Source: Proteromonas lacertae (Eukaryota). Taken from it: DNA of 64,000 nucleotides. Below, in pieces: positions 1-14,335 of this stretch. Each line of letters starts with the position of its first letter. Position 1 is the stretch's first letter. The notes under the pieces were generated by a model that saw only the letters and a program-made list of their open reading frames with translations, did no database searches and had not been told where the DNA came from. The position numbers and the translations under genes were made by a program. The stretch covers positions 1 to 64,000 of the forward strand of contig NGBS01001167.1 of the NCBI GenBank assembly GCA_002245135.1, given 5' to 3'.

Positions 1-819
1 AACCATTGAGCCACTCCATATTTGATAACCTATATCATCTAAATACTTTAAACATTTCACTCTATCTTCAAATTTCTTTGCTGCAAAGTTTATACTGTAA
101 TACAACTCTGGATTGGATGTTTCAATTCTTAAACTGTAACTAAAAATATAATAATAATGATAAAGATTATAAAATATAAAATACAATGAAGCTCCTTTAT
201 TGAAAAATCTTTCATAAACTGAACGAGGATATTCTCCAATACTTAGACCAATAACACTATGATAATTCGTCTAATAAAATAAAATATAAAAATTAATAAA
301 TACATTATTATTTTTTTATATATTCATTTTCATCATTCTTAATTTGATCTAAAGTTCTTTCATACCAATTGTATCTATTTTCACCAGTCTGTTCTCCAGC
401 TTCTATTAATAGATTCTTTATTCCATAATCAAATAATTCTGTTATTGTTTCGCCAGGTTGTAATAAAACATGAGTATATCTTTGAATTTTACTTTCTCTT
501 CTCATTCCACAATATAAACAGTTCTTTTGACACATGTTATGGTATACATTCTACCTTCTAAACAGATACTTTTGCCAAAGTAACGCTCTTTCAAAGTGTT
601 GGCATGAACACATAAACCATCCAACTATATATGTTAGAAAATAATTATCATATATATTATAAACTGCTTTATCTTCACATTTCAATATTTTGTTTATCTC
701 CTTTTTATCAAGTTTCAAAATCTCACCTACATTTCAGTATAGCATAATCATATCATATTTTATTTCATACCTTGTTTGAATTTTCTACCAAGAAATTTAC
801 AAAAGGGTTTTACTTTCAT
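1..819 (-). CDS. hydE: [FeFe]-hydrogenase maturase HydE-like radical SAM protein (3' end runs off window; two apparent frameshifts)
   Basis: Manual splicing from ATG 819 gives ...NTLKERYFGKSICLEG..HNMCQKNCLYCGMRRE (CxxxCxxC), ..IGLSIGEYPRSVYERFFNKGA and YSLRIETSNPELY...RVKCLKYLDDIGYQIWSGSMV, matching HydE motifs. The frame breaks near 545-550 and at the T7 run at 311-317. Confidence 0.8.
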
Positions 820-1015
820 AGTATAATCAACATTTTGTATATTTGGAATATGATCTACGTTTATAATGTATAATTAATATACGAAGAGTGGTTACAAGGT
901 TTGAAAAGTTCCTTCTTAAGGAGGAATTGAATAAAGAAAACATCAATCAAGTTTGAGAATGAGTTTGTCCAATAAATAATAAAAAAATAGTTGTTATTTT
1001 AGATCTTTTTCTGAA

Positions 1016-4000
1016 ATGAACTATTTGAAGAGGAAGGTGAAGGGTTTAGCTCCATCTAACAAAACTGCAAATAATGATAGTTCAGCAAAAGAAAATAAAA
1101 GCGAAGATACACAAGAATCAAGTTTAAATCTTATGGTAAGCGAAACAGGGATGAAAAAAGTCCATTTGAGGAGGACAATGAAGTTTAGATCAAGAGAATT
1201 GGGAATCTATGAGAAGCAAGTTTGAAGATTGTATATTTTAGCTATTAATGATATTTAGTTGAAAATAATATATCATTAGTTCTTAGTTTCATTTTTCATC
1301 CTAGTGTAGAAGGAAATTATTTCAAAAAATCAAGAAAACTACAGAATTAGTAGGATCACCTCAACTATCAATTAGTGGTGGTGGAAATCTGTATAAATCC
1401 CTTGAAGAACGTAACATTTAAAACATTTCCATTGAATTTACGAATTGGTATATTGAAAGGAGTGTTAATGATAATTAATGAAAAGTATAAATGTGCATTC
1501 TATAAATTATTATTATTATATAATCGAATAATAGATGTAATGCAATTCGTCTAAGAATAATATTCAAAGAAAAATTCAGAATTGACTATTTAGATTACAT
1601 CCTTTCCTTACTCAGTAAACCAGATTGTAATATAGAAGAAGACATCATCCAATTATACTGCAAAATCATTGGAAGATTAGGAAGTGGAGGAATCTCTGTC
1701 AAAACGCTTGGAAATATATTTAAATATATGTTATTAAAAACCTCATTATCAAACTTACATATTAAGTTCAATGTGTGAAATGATGAGTTATCATCGATAC
1801 CAGCATGAAATATCACCTGAATATTACTTTGATTTTTATGGTAATAAGAGTGGAATAGAATATATTAGTAATAATAATGATATTGAAAATAACAACATTA
1901 AGAGTCTATTTAGTAATGGCTATTTGTTATATTTATGGATTAGACCAATCCTGCTTCTTTATCATCCAGTAATTTGTTATTATTAACTACATCAAGGTAT
2001 ATATATATATATATATATGTTCTTTTTAATAGTCAAATGATTGAACTAAATTTTCAAGATAGTTTATTATGTTATAATGTCCAAAATACAAACGATTCAA
2101 AGAATGAAATGACAGTTCCCTATTCATTTCAACCTTACAATTGGTATTATATAATAGTAAGCCATAAAAAGAGTGTTTTTAAAGATCAATTCAGTATAAT
2201 AATCAATGGAAATCAAATCATTAAACAGAATATATCTTATTTGAAAATCAAAGATAATTTTAAATGGATTATTGGCAAAGGATATAATGGTTTAATGGGA
2301 AGTTGTATGATGTTTTCTAGTGATGCCAAAAATTGAATCAAATATTCCAACCAATTACAATATCAATGCTTTGTATAATAATCCATATATTTATAATGAT
2401 GTTGATTTAATATTACATCAAAAAGAATTAATATTCTATTACAATCCAACTTTACATTATAAAAATATATTAATTGATACGTTGAGTCATAATTACAGTA
2501 AATTACTTCCCAATACAGCAATATGGAAAGAAATATCAATTATTCAAGCATTGAATATTATTGGAGGAATAATGTATTATTACCACTATTTACATATGTT
2601 AAAAGTATATATATACATATATATTATTATTATTTTATATAGGAGATGATAGTAAGGTTAGTTTGTGTGATATATTCTCATTATTATCATCACTTATTGA
2701 TAATAATTTCATATTATCCAGTGATATGATGAGAAGTTATGCACCAGAATCAATCGGAGTATTATTGAAGCAATTATCACACAAGTATTTAGATGAAGAT
2801 GGAACAATCGAAAGTATAATCACATTAATAAAAACAATAAAGAATCAAGTCAAATTAGCTAGTACTTTAATCTATCAATTACTCAATATTAATATATGGA
2901 AGAAAACCAAATTTGAAACTCATAAAAGATTGTATGATAATATAAAGAATATAATATGTGAAGAAGATGGTAAAAGTTATTTACAGTTGAACAATTGGGT
3001 TCAATATCTATTAGATAATATTAGGCAGTTGTATTATAGTGAAATACCTCCAACATCGGTATATGGTAATTGGAATAATACTCCATCTATTGAAGTAAAT
3101 ACTAAAGTGATGTTATTGCAATCACAAATCCAATCAAACTTAACAAAAGATGAGAAAGATGAATTGAGAGAAAAGTGTATGTTATTGATTAAATTAATAT
3201 TTGAAAATCAAGTGTATTTATCGGATATTAAACAAATGTTGTCATTATGTATAGAAACGAAAGATAGTGGAATAATTATATCGGATTTTATTATTGTTTA
3301 ATAAATTATTAAAATCAATAAAGTTTTATAATATATTACAGAACTATAAGGATGTTGATTTGATTGAATTATTCTTACATTATATTTGCAGTATATATAT
3401 TTATTATTATTATTATTATTATTTAAATAGATAATGAGAATGAAAGTGTAAGATTATTAGGTATACTTATCGTAATACAATTAACAAGATTTGATTCAAC
3501 TGAAACTAAACGAAGTAGATCAAAAACATTGTTTAAAATCATCAATAAAAGATAGTTCAAATTCCAATAATAACAATGCTGAAACAATTATAGTTGATTG
3601 GATTGGATTGTTTGAAGATATTGGTGGATTTGTTATATTGAATAAGATGATAACTGAACATGAAACAACTCCTTTGAGTATCAATGTAATTATGAATTTA
3701 TTGTTTTTAAGCAATACTCAACATATTGGAATTGATTATACTGTATTTATTCAACCAGTAACAATAAAAGAGAATAATACAATAAGGAATCCATTATTTT
3801 TAACTCCCTTATTCACAATTTTAACTAAACAACCTAAAGATTATGTTATTGAAATGTTAAATAATATGAAAATATTATTTGAAAATAAAGAAAATGGAAA
3901 TTTGATTGCTTATGAACCAATGTGTATTTATTCAATATTAAAGTTTTATCATGATAATATCAATAATAATACAGATCCATCAGATAGTTTACCACCTCCA

Positions 4001-7000
4001 CCACCTTCATTATCGAATGATATTAGTATGGAAGGACTAAAATTACCCAAACCAGAATCAAGCTCTACTGAAAATGAAATTTGTGAAATAACCAAATCAC
4101 TTATTTCAACTCTAATTAATATATCCATAGAGAATAATCCATTAAATTCACTGATATTTAATGATTTATATAATGCAGAATATCTTATTTCTCCAGATAA
4201 TTTATCATTGTTTTATGAATTATTGAGTAGTTGTATTGATACATTAACCAAGAAAATCAATGAAATAATAGAAGAAGGTGGTAATACAAGTAAATCAGTA
4301 GATACTGTAGTGAATCTATTATTAATCATTGAGCCGTTATATTTGAATTATTATCCAACTGTAAATGGAAAAATATTATATTCACCTCCACCAGAGTTGG
4401 ATAAAGAGAATCATTGTATATATTGTCACGAATGTCCAGTAAATGATGTAGGTGATAATAAAAAGACAAACACTTTACATTTATATGAAGCTCAATTACC
4501 AAGTACTATCTGTTTTAAGTGTAATCATTATCATGTTCAAAGTCAAGCTCCCAATCAAACCTATCCGTTACATAATATTCTTTTTCCTTTATTTCAGAGT
4601 TATATTAGTCTATTAGATGATAGCGGTAATAAACAGAGTGAAATATACTGGAAAACTAATCTATCAGGCCATCCAGCTATCTATACAGTAATTAAGCTTT
4701 TAATTCGTTTAATAACCAGTGGACCAATAGGATCACTCTATCAATACAATCTATTCTACCAATTACGAAGGTTTATTGTAGAATTACTCTCCAATAAAAA
4801 CAAGCAAAACTGTGAATATATTGGTTTAATCATCGTTCATTTACACTCCTATTTGTATTACATTTACGACTTACTCGTCAAAGAACACACTAACAATTTA
4901 TATCCACCAATTAACAGTATCAAATATACAGGTGTTAATATCTACAAAGAAGGTTATAACAAGGAAGGAATTCCCAAAATCATCAATGAAATCGCAACAA
5001 CATTTAGTAATATTGTATCAATAGATCCATCACCATTACACTCAATGTTTGTTAATTATAATGATATGAAATCATTTATCAATATGCAAGCAGGTGAATT
5101 ATTAGAATTAAGTGGTAAATTGAATATTGATAGTATGTTAAACAGTAAATGGTTTAATTATGAATGGGTTTATCAGCCAATAATATGTGATCAAATTAGT
5201 AGTGTCTTGAATAAGATAAATAATGAGGAAGAAGTGATTTATAATGAATTTATTGTATATAATATATTATTTCTACTTATATATATATATATATAGAAAA
5301 AATATAATGATTTTAAAACAATCATCAATTATAATATTGACAAATTGAAGTTAGATGTGAAGAATACAATTGAAGAGAAATATAAGATAATAATAAACAA
5401 TGAAATTGAAAGATTGATAAAACAAAAGAAAAGAGAAAAACAAGAGAATGATATAAATAAAGAAAGATGGGAAAAAATATACAAAAATTTATGTTTGAAA
5501 GGTCAAGCCTGGGAAGATACTTCCGTTGAATTACATTACAAATTATCAATGAAAGTAAGTTCATCTTTTACAAGAGAATTATTGGAAATAAATTATAATT
5601 ATTCAAACTATGAACAATGTATGAGACAAAATGATACACGAACTCCACGCAATGAAAATCAACCAGAAATGAAATTGTTAAAATTATCAAGTATAATTTA
5701 TAATATTTTTATATTGTTAGAATCTTTAGCTTCATCAAGTCATTTCCATTTGAATGAAGCAGAAATTGAAGATGCAATAGATACAAGTATATCAGGTTAT
5801 GATGATTTATTGAATTATATTCCATTTAAAAATGCATTTTATAAAGATAAACCAATGTATATATATTCATATTCATATTATTATTATTATTATTTTATTA
5901 ATAGTTATCATACAAATGCCACATTAGTTCATCCTTTAAAAGAAGTTGAAGGAATGTTTATTATTGGTAAGTACATAATATGTTTTGTAGAAACTGAATC
6001 ACAAGTTATTTCAACTTGGAACTTATATGATACTACTATGTTATTCAGTAGACTTCATTTATTACAACCCAATTCAATTGAATTATATTTCTGCAATGGT
6101 GAATCCTGCTTCTTCGTTTTTCCAACTACTGTTATTCGTAATAAGATATTTAATATTTTATTAAGTTATAATTTACCATTATTAATCTATAAACCATCTT
6201 TAAATGCATATGATGCTTTAGTTCAGAATGGTTTTCTAAAGAAATGGCAAAATCGAGAAATCTCTAATTTTGAATATTTAATGATATTGAATATATATAG
6301 TGGTAGAAGTTATAATGATATGAGTCAATATCCAGTATTTCCTTGGATTATTAAAGATTATGATAATGATAAGATTGATGTAGAAAGTGAAGAGATTTAT
6401 AGAGATTTATCAAAACCAATTGGAGCAATTGATGAAGAAAAAGCTGAAATGGTATAATATATATATTTATTTATTATATAAATAGTTAAAACAACGTTAT
6501 GAAGAAATGAGAGATAGTGATATTCCACCTTTTCATTACGGTACTCATTATAGTTCAATTGGTAGTACATTATTCTATTTAATTAGAATTGAACCATTTA
6601 CTAATTTACATATTACATTTCAAGGTGGAAGGTTTGATGTTCCTGATAGATTGTTTATATCATTGAAAGCTGCATATGATAGTATATATCTCTTATTATA
6701 TTAATAAAAAATAGGCTCGACTCAGTCAAACACTGATTGTAAAGAATTAATTCCAGAATTCTATTATAACCCATACTTCTTATTAAACAATGAAAAATAC
6801 AGATTTGGTGTATTATCAAATGGCGAAGAAGTGAATAATGTCACATTACCAAAATGGGCTGAAAACGCCTACGATTTTATAAACAAACACAAAGAAGCCT
6901 TAGAAAGTGAATATATTTCAGAACATTTAAATGATTGGATTGATCTTATATTTGGTTATAAACAAAGAGGAGAAGAAGCTGAGAAATGTGTAAATATTTA

Positions 7001-8248
7001 TTATTATCTAACTTATGATGGTGCTGTAGATATGAATGAAATAGAAGATGAAAATACAAAGAAAACATATGAAGAACAAATATATCATTTTGGTCAAAGT
7101 CCATTACAATTATTCAAAGAAGTTCATCCAAAGAGAAACTCTACTGATGAATTACCATTATCACGTTTTTATAACTGTAAAGGCGGTTTAAATATTAGTA
7201 TAATCCAAGATATAATCAATGATGCAGTAATATTTGTGAGTTATGAAGGTGATTATATCATTTGTGTAACTGATAAATTAGAGTATCATCGAATAGGATA
7301 TGATTCATTAAGAGACTTGAATGCTATTGGTTATAATCCATCCAATGATAAGAAAGGATTAATTGGTAAAGAAATTAATGAACAATTAATATTGAAAGAA
7401 TTAGGAAGTGAAGAAAATGATTTAAGAAGTCAATGTTTATTATCAATGAGTCATTGTAAAGATAGTAATTATCTATTAAGTTGTAATTATTTGGATGGTA
7501 GTATAAGATATGTAAATGTATTTAATGATGATTATGGAATGTCAATTGGACATAATAATATAGTTACTTGTATTGATAGTAGTGAAGATGGTAGTTATAT
7601 TATATGTGGTAGTGAAGATTGTACTGTTTCAGTATGGAGATTGTTTAGCACAATAAATGCAAATTATTCGTATGATATTAATGTTTTAGAAGATCATGAA
7701 ACACATGGTGATAATTATTATGTTAAAATTAATGTATATATTATTATTATTATTATTTATAGACTTTACATGGTCATAACAGCGGAATTACTTGTGTTCG
7801 ATGTATTTTATGTTTAGATACAGCACTTTCAACCTCTGAAAATGGTCATTATATCCTTCACAGTTTAACTGAAGGTAGCTATCGTATATCTGGAGATCAT
7901 CCAAATCATTACAAAATAGATTATGGAATTATGGGAAATAATGGTATGTTTTTGTTACATTCAAATATTGACAATGTTTCTTACATTTATACTGTAAATG
8001 GTCAATTGTTGTATAATCTTAAACATGAACATATATTAACATCAGCTATTTTTTCATGTGATTGTCATTGTATTGTGATTGGATATGAAAATGGAGATTT
8101 GGTGTTTTATAAATGTTTAACTGGTTGTGAAATAAGTCATATTTTAGAAGAAGAGAATGATGCTGTGTTGAGTATGTGTGTATTAAGTTCAGATCAAGGT
8201 TTAATTGTTGGTCATAAGAGTGGTACAATATTTGTTTATACAGCTTAA
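1016..8248 (+). CDS. BEACH-domain protein (ConA-like, PH-BEACH, WD40; neurobeachin/LvsA-like), multi-exon
   Basis: Canonical BEACH motifs KWQNREISNFEYLMILNIYSGRSYNDMSQYPVFPW, FHYGTHYSS, GGRFDVPDRLF, KELIPEFYY and WIDLIFGYKQRG, then WD40 repeats (GHNNIVTC, GSEDCTVSVW). ORF pieces join through ~30-nt GT-AG introns; there are several 1-nt frame breaks before 3300. Confidence 0.92.
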
Positions 8249-8569
8249 ATATATACATATTTGATTCTATTATTATTATGTTATGTTTTTTTATGTTGAT
8301 ATTGTGTTTTTAGTGATTTTCATCAAACCTATAAATATGATAGAAAACAATAGATAATTATAAAATAAAAATTAACAAATTTAAAATCAATCAATCCTTC
8401 TGGAAAATATTCATAGTTTTAACTATAACTTGTAAATGTGGTCAACAGATTAAGATTTATCATTATTCCTAACATATTTTATTATATTTTTAAATTTATA
8501 AGATCATAAAGTCATATACCTTGCTATTGATCGAGAAAATCAACATTTTAAAAGTATTAATTTCAAATT

Positions 8570-8580
8570 TCAAGCCAAGC
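8570..8580 (+). promoter_or_regulatory. Candidate promoter element TCAAGC(CAAGC), representative copy
   Basis: TCAAGCCAAGC ends 27 nt before ATG 8607. The same 11-mer lies on the minus strand at 31111-31121 upstream of ATG 31058, and the hexamer recurs upstream of about 12 genes. Confidence 0.55.
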
Positions 8581-8606
8581 CACTCGTTTTTTAAAATTTA
8601 GAAAGT

Positions 8607-10863
8607 ATGAAAAGAAGAGCTCAATCCGCTAGACCTCAAAGGCCTGCTGTTGCCATTGGCCCAAGACCTGTTCAAAAGGGAGCAAATAGATTAATAGACA
8701 GTTATTGGGAAGAAAAGAAACAGAAAGACCATTTGAAAAGGGTATATCATAAATGTACTATGTAGTAGTTAAAAAATGTAAAATCAATAGTCGATTGTGG
8801 ACCACCAGTTTCAATGACTCATATAAAGAAAGATTACAAAAGAAAAGAGTTCGATAAAAAACAGAGAGAAAAATTAATACAAAAAGAGAATGTTCACTTA
8901 ATTCGTCAAATATTAGATGTAGATGGAAAACAAGAAAGAGTGAGAAAAGAAACATATTACAGACATCCCAATAGAAATGAGCAAACATCAATGCAATATA
9001 TAAGAAGTGCTCAAGAGCAACACAGAATATCTCAAGAAAATCGAGCAATCCTAACAAGAATCGTATCAGCAAAGAGTCAGTATAATGTTCACAAATGGGA
9101 AGAAGATTATTATAAGAAAATAGCGTTAGTTAATGCATTACATGAAGGTAATTACAATGTTCCACCATCTCGACCAATATCAGCTATCAATAGAGATTAT
9201 GTGGTTGGTGGAAAGCCAGTATCATCAAGGATCAATTCACGATATTCAAAATACAGAGAAGATGATGGAGATATGGATGAAGATGAGATAGAAGAAATAT
9301 TATTTGAAAGAAGAAATAATAAAGGAAAAGAAGATAAATATGATGATGAAAGAATTGATTTTTCTAGACAAAGACCAACTCCCAAAATACCATCATCATC
9401 AAGTGGAGTAAGATCAAAATCAGCAATGTCTAAGCAAAGACCATTTTCAGCACATCCAAGTTTAATCCCTCAACAACAACAGAATGAACAATTACAGAAG
9501 AATGAGAATAATATGAATAAACCACCACTGTATAAGAAGAAGAAAGCTACTAGACCATTTAGTGCAAATTATCCATCATCTTCAGCTGTTAATCAATCAA
9601 GAGATTATGATGATGTAGACAGTAATAATGAAGAAATGAAATATTATGAAATAAATAATAGAAATGATGATATATTAAAGGAGAAAGAAAATGAAAATGA
9701 TGATAATGATGATGAAGAAATATTGAATTATAATGTTGAAATGAATTCCAATCCAAATGAAGACGATTTAACCAATCAAATGGATAATTTATCATTAAAT
9801 CTATACTCTGAACAAGAACAAGAAAGACGAAAAGAGCAAGAACAAAAGCCATCAATACCTCCATTACAAATTGATAGTAATAGTCAACAGAATCAATATA
9901 ATAATTATTATAATAATTATGAATATAAACAGAGTGATAATGATGTAGAAAGTCTAATGAAAGATTCACCATTACCATCAAATCGTGATATTAGTCCAAG
10001 AAGAAAAGATAATAATAATATTTCACCTATTGTATCTCCCAAGAAAAGTAGAAACTTGGAGAATGATGATGAAGATGATGATAATATTGATGATTTATTA
10101 AAACCTGATGTAAGTTTCAATGATCAATTATATAATAACAATAAACCAACATTGTCTAATCCTTCAACTCCTAATACACAAAGAAGCCATAATTTAACAG
10201 ATAATGAAATGAAATTGTCAGAAAGAAAAGAAGAAGATAACGATAATGATGATATATTGAACAATAATAAAGAAAATGATGATGATGAAGAAAAACATTC
10301 ATTAGTTAGAGTTCCATCACAAAGAAATGTAATAATTTATTTATTTATATTTATATTTCTTATAGAGACCAGAATCTGCAATTCCAAGTCATAGAAGTAG
10401 TGGTGGAAGGCCAGAAAGTGCATTATCCAGAAATCGTTCAATTAATAATATATCTCCAATATCAACACCAAAGAAACAACAACAGGAAGTTGAGAAAGTG
10501 GGTGATACTTTAGATTTTAGTGATGATGATGAATTTAATGATGATGGATTTGTATATATATATAATTATTTATATATATTTATTATTAGGAAGATGATTT
10601 TGGATCAACGAAAGGAACAACTGTAAATGCAACAGAGAATGAAGAGAAAAAAGAAGGTGAGGAAGAAGAAGATAATAATCAAGATGAAGATGAAGAATTT
10701 GATGATTATGATGATGATTACAATAGTTCTAATAAAGTAAAATCAAGTGTGCCAGATTATATGTATGGAAATACAGAAGAACCTTCAACTGATTGTATAT
10801 TTTTAATGTGTATTTTGAATAGCTGTTGAAGATTTGAATGGTGATGAAGATTGGTTGAAATAG
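8607..10863 (+). CDS. CFAP97/KIAA1430 (hemingway)-family protein with long acidic/low-complexity tail
   Basis: The spliced N-terminus reads WEEKKQKDHLKRLKNVKSIVDCGPP...IQKENVHLIRQI...RISQENRAILTRIVSAKSQYNVHKWEEDY, resembling the CFAP97 domain. ATG 8607; TAG 10861-10863 after three more short introns. Confidence 0.7.
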
Positions 10864-10974
10864 TTGTCAAAAATAAATAGTTTTTTTAATGTTTAATTGT
10901 CGTTTTTTGATTTTAAAGAAAAAAATGAAAATTGAAACGAATATATTTGTATTTGGCTTGAATTTTATTTTGAA

Positions 10975-11527
10975 ATGAATTTGTTTTTAAGAAAAAGTAA
11001 GAATATAATTCGTAATGTAAGCAAATCAAGAGGATTAGATGAGTTTATTGATTCCACTTATAAAATTAAGGATGTTTCTTATGGTATTATTGTCAATTAA
11101 TATGTAGGAAGAGCATGGAAAGCATCAGAACTAAGATTAAAAAGTACATCAGATCTTCAGAAGTTGTGGTTTGTATTACTAAAGGAAAGAAATGCATTAT
11201 ACACAGTGAGATATGATTGCCGTATTAGAAAAGTAACAATGCCACATCCAGAAAGACTACAGAAAGTATTTTTATAAAAATATTGATTATAAATAGGTTA
11301 AAGATTCAATGGCAAGAATAAAGTTGGTAATACATGAAAGATATCTTGAACAGAAGAAAATGAGAGAAAATAACTCACCAGAAAAACCAACAGAAAAAAC
11401 TAAATTGGTAGAAGGAGAGAAAACTAATAAATTAAACGACAATTTTGATAAAAAGTCAGAAATAGTATCTAAAGTAGAATCAGAAGTAAAATTAAGTTCG
11501 GAAGTACCAAAAGACACATTTGAATAA
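10975..11527 (+). CDS. MRPL47: Mitochondrial ribosomal protein uL29m (MRPL47)
   Basis: Basic presequence-like N-terminus, then RGLDEFID, GRAWKASELRLKSTSDLQKLWFVLLKERN and PERLQK|VKDSMARIKLVIHER; two short introns. Confidence 0.92.
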
Positions 11528-11567
11528 GTTCAATAATATTTAATTGTTTTATATTTGTGAAATATGT

Positions 11568-13952
11568 TTAATTAGAGTTATATAATTTAGAAAATTCTTC
11601 TCTTTTTGCTATATCTCCATTCATATTATAAATTAAAGCTTTTAACATAAAAATAGACTTTTTTAGTTTTCTTGATTCATAAGATTTTACAATTTGATAA
11701 ATACTATTTAATATTGATATGATATCATTGAAATTGATTGATTCTTTTTCATTTTTATACAATTCAAACATTATTGATGATATAAAAACAACATATTTTG
11801 CTTTATCATATTCATCAAAATATTCATTGATTTTGTTTAAATACAACTGCAGATTTTCATTCACATCTTTATAAGATGTTTCATATACATTACTCTTTTG
11901 TAAAAAGTATAACTGCAATATTTCAATCTTTACAATATATGAATTTAAACTGTATTTTTTACTAACTATTAAACCTTCAACTAATAGAGAGTTTAGCTGT
12001 GGATTGTTATAGATTCCTTTATCAATTAGATATTCTGCATATTCTATTATATATTTAACTTGATAGAATGGGAAATTCTATATAAAATAATAGATATATT
12101 ATTATATATACATTTTCTTTACAATAGTAAATCAAATTATATAAACTGTTAAAACCATCATTATAATTATGTTCAATATCCAATTTATATTCACATTTCA
12201 ATGACATTAACTCTAACTTGTATTGAATGTTATTACATTGTTGTATTTCTAATTCATCTTTATAGATTTTATAGTAATTTTTAATCTCATCTTTGTTAAT
12301 GTCTCTATTTTTAGACTGTATATATAACAACATATATTTCATTAATTTCCATTCTGATATATCTTTTTCAACTGCTTCTTCTTCTTCAATAAGCTTTATT
12401 CTTTCTGCAAATCTATTAATAAATAGTATACAGAGTGTATAATATTATAATACATAGATTTCCCACTTTCCACTTTCATATGCATTATTCTTTTCCATTT
12501 CAATAGAAAATCATTTGATTTGATTGAATTAATATTAAAATCTGAAACTATATTATATCCAATCATATCAAATAGAGTTATATTAATAGAATAGTAGTAT
12601 AACAACAATGTCTTTAAATCCTTCATTTTTGTTACATTCCATTCATTATCAATATCATTAAATAATGGATATGATGAATAAAGTAATTCTTTTACTTTCT
12701 GTATAAATGAAACAGATGTTCCATCAACTTCATTTTCATAAGAAACTTTTGGATGGAGCAAAATATAATTACAATATGACAATTGAAATAATATTGTCAA
12801 ATAATTATTAACACTTGATTTATTCTCATTATTATTCTCTAATAGTTTATCTTTATTATTCAACTCTTTTGATTGGTTAATACATTCAACAATCAAACTT
12901 TCAGCTTGAATATTATTGTCCAAAACAAATATTTGATATTGTAAGTATAATGTAAGTAAAACACATTCTTCATTCTTATGTAAATGAGATACTTTAATTG
13001 TTTCATTGATATATTTCATTGCTATTTTATTATAATTAAAATGTTTTGATAATAATGCTAGAAAATATAACCCATAACATAATTCATTATTGTTTCCTTG
13101 CATATTCATATTGATAAAATGATGAATAGAATTAATAGCTTCAATCATATTATTATTATATTTCAAATTCTCAATATATGAGATGAAGTATTCTAAACAA
13201 TCAGTTTTGTTATCTAATGATATCAATTGAGTTATTCCTGTTTTAGTTATATATGGTAAAGAAGAGGAAGAAGTAGATGATTTATTTGATGTGATTTCAT
13301 TTAGTATATTTATTAATTGTTGATGGTTTTGATGAGTTGATATTTTATGATGACATTCATCTTTGGATTTATCATCATCAATACCATCAATTTCATCTTC
13401 ACTCTTTTCCACTGAATTATCTTCTGAGTAATAAGTTATTATATCGTTGTTTAATTCAGATATATTTTCATATGGTAAAACTTGAATATTTGCTAGAATT
13501 CTTCTCATGAATTTACCTAACAGACTGTCTGTTGATAAATGTTTATATTCACCTGATTCAATAAACACTTTCTAGAATATATTGCTATATTCAATTATAC
13601 ACTAAATGAATCGAAAATAGATATAATAGAATCAGTATTATCCATTGCAGTTATTGTATTTTCATAAAAAGCGCATATTTTATTTGCAAGTACTTCAGGC
13701 AATGATTTAAATGACTCAAATAATTCATTGATATTGTGGTTCTTCCCATTGGAATCTTCTTTAATATGATAATAAATCATGTCAATAAATGGTAAATCCT
13801 CATCTTCTGTCAATAAGTCAACATCATTACTATCATCAGAATAATCAGGTTCTAAACGGCAATAATACTATACAAAATCAAACAAAAAAGAATACTTCTA
13901 TGAGTAATGCTATTGAAAACTGATATGGAGAAGGCACTTCAACTAAAACCAT
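11568..13952 (-). CDS. APC5: Anaphase-promoting complex subunit 5
   Basis: N-terminal PSPYQFSIALLI, then SLLGKFMRRILANIQVLPYENISEL and the ANAPC5-like helix pair YGLYFLALLSKHFNYNKIAMKYINETIKVSHLHKNEECVL. Exon boundaries in the 3' half are approximate. Confidence 0.75.
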
Positions 13953-14015
13953 TTTTTTAAATTTTGAAAAAATACACTAAAATACACTATATTGTATTTG
14001 TATTAATAAATAATT

Positions 14016-14245
14016 ATGAATTCTGCATTATTCAGACCTCCTACACAGCCAGCAGCAAAACCATTACCACCAGTCGTACAGAAAACATTGAATCTATTAG
14101 GTTATGGTTATACAGGTTTTAAAGTATACTCATTTTTTAATTCTACTCATTTTAGTATGCATTTTATTATGGTTTTCTTCCAGGATTAGTTATTTATGCA
14201 ACTAAATCAGAAAATATTGATGTAAGTGAATTATTCAAACCTTAA
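14016..14245 (+). CDS. TOM7: Tom7-like small subunit of the mitochondrial outer-membrane translocase (65 aa, not in ORF track)
   Basis: Exon 14016-14123, 32-nt intron 14124-14155, exon 14156-14245. Product: MNSALFRPPTQPAAKPLPPVVQKTLNLLGYGYTGFKYAFYYGFLPGLVIYATKSENIDVSELFKP*. KYAFYYGFLPGLVIYA resembles the Tom7 transmembrane motif (K..hHYGFIPhhhYhG). Confidence 0.75.
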
Positions 14246-14335
14246 TTCTTTTTCTGTTATTTATAGATGATTTTCTTTTACTGGTATAACAAAATAAAAA
14301 CCATATTAATAACAAAATAAAGAATATAATATATT

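Noticed and set aside
308..320. Euplotes-like AAA-TAA +1 programmed frameshift in HydE
   Set aside because: It is a single instance in a 7-nt homopolymer, among many mixed +1/-1 breaks with no common motif; a sequencing error is simpler.
909..926. Short hairpin TTCCTTC-TTAA-GGAGGAA between HydE and BEACH
   Set aside because: It is a 7-bp stem with a G-U pair and occurs once; there is no evidence of function.
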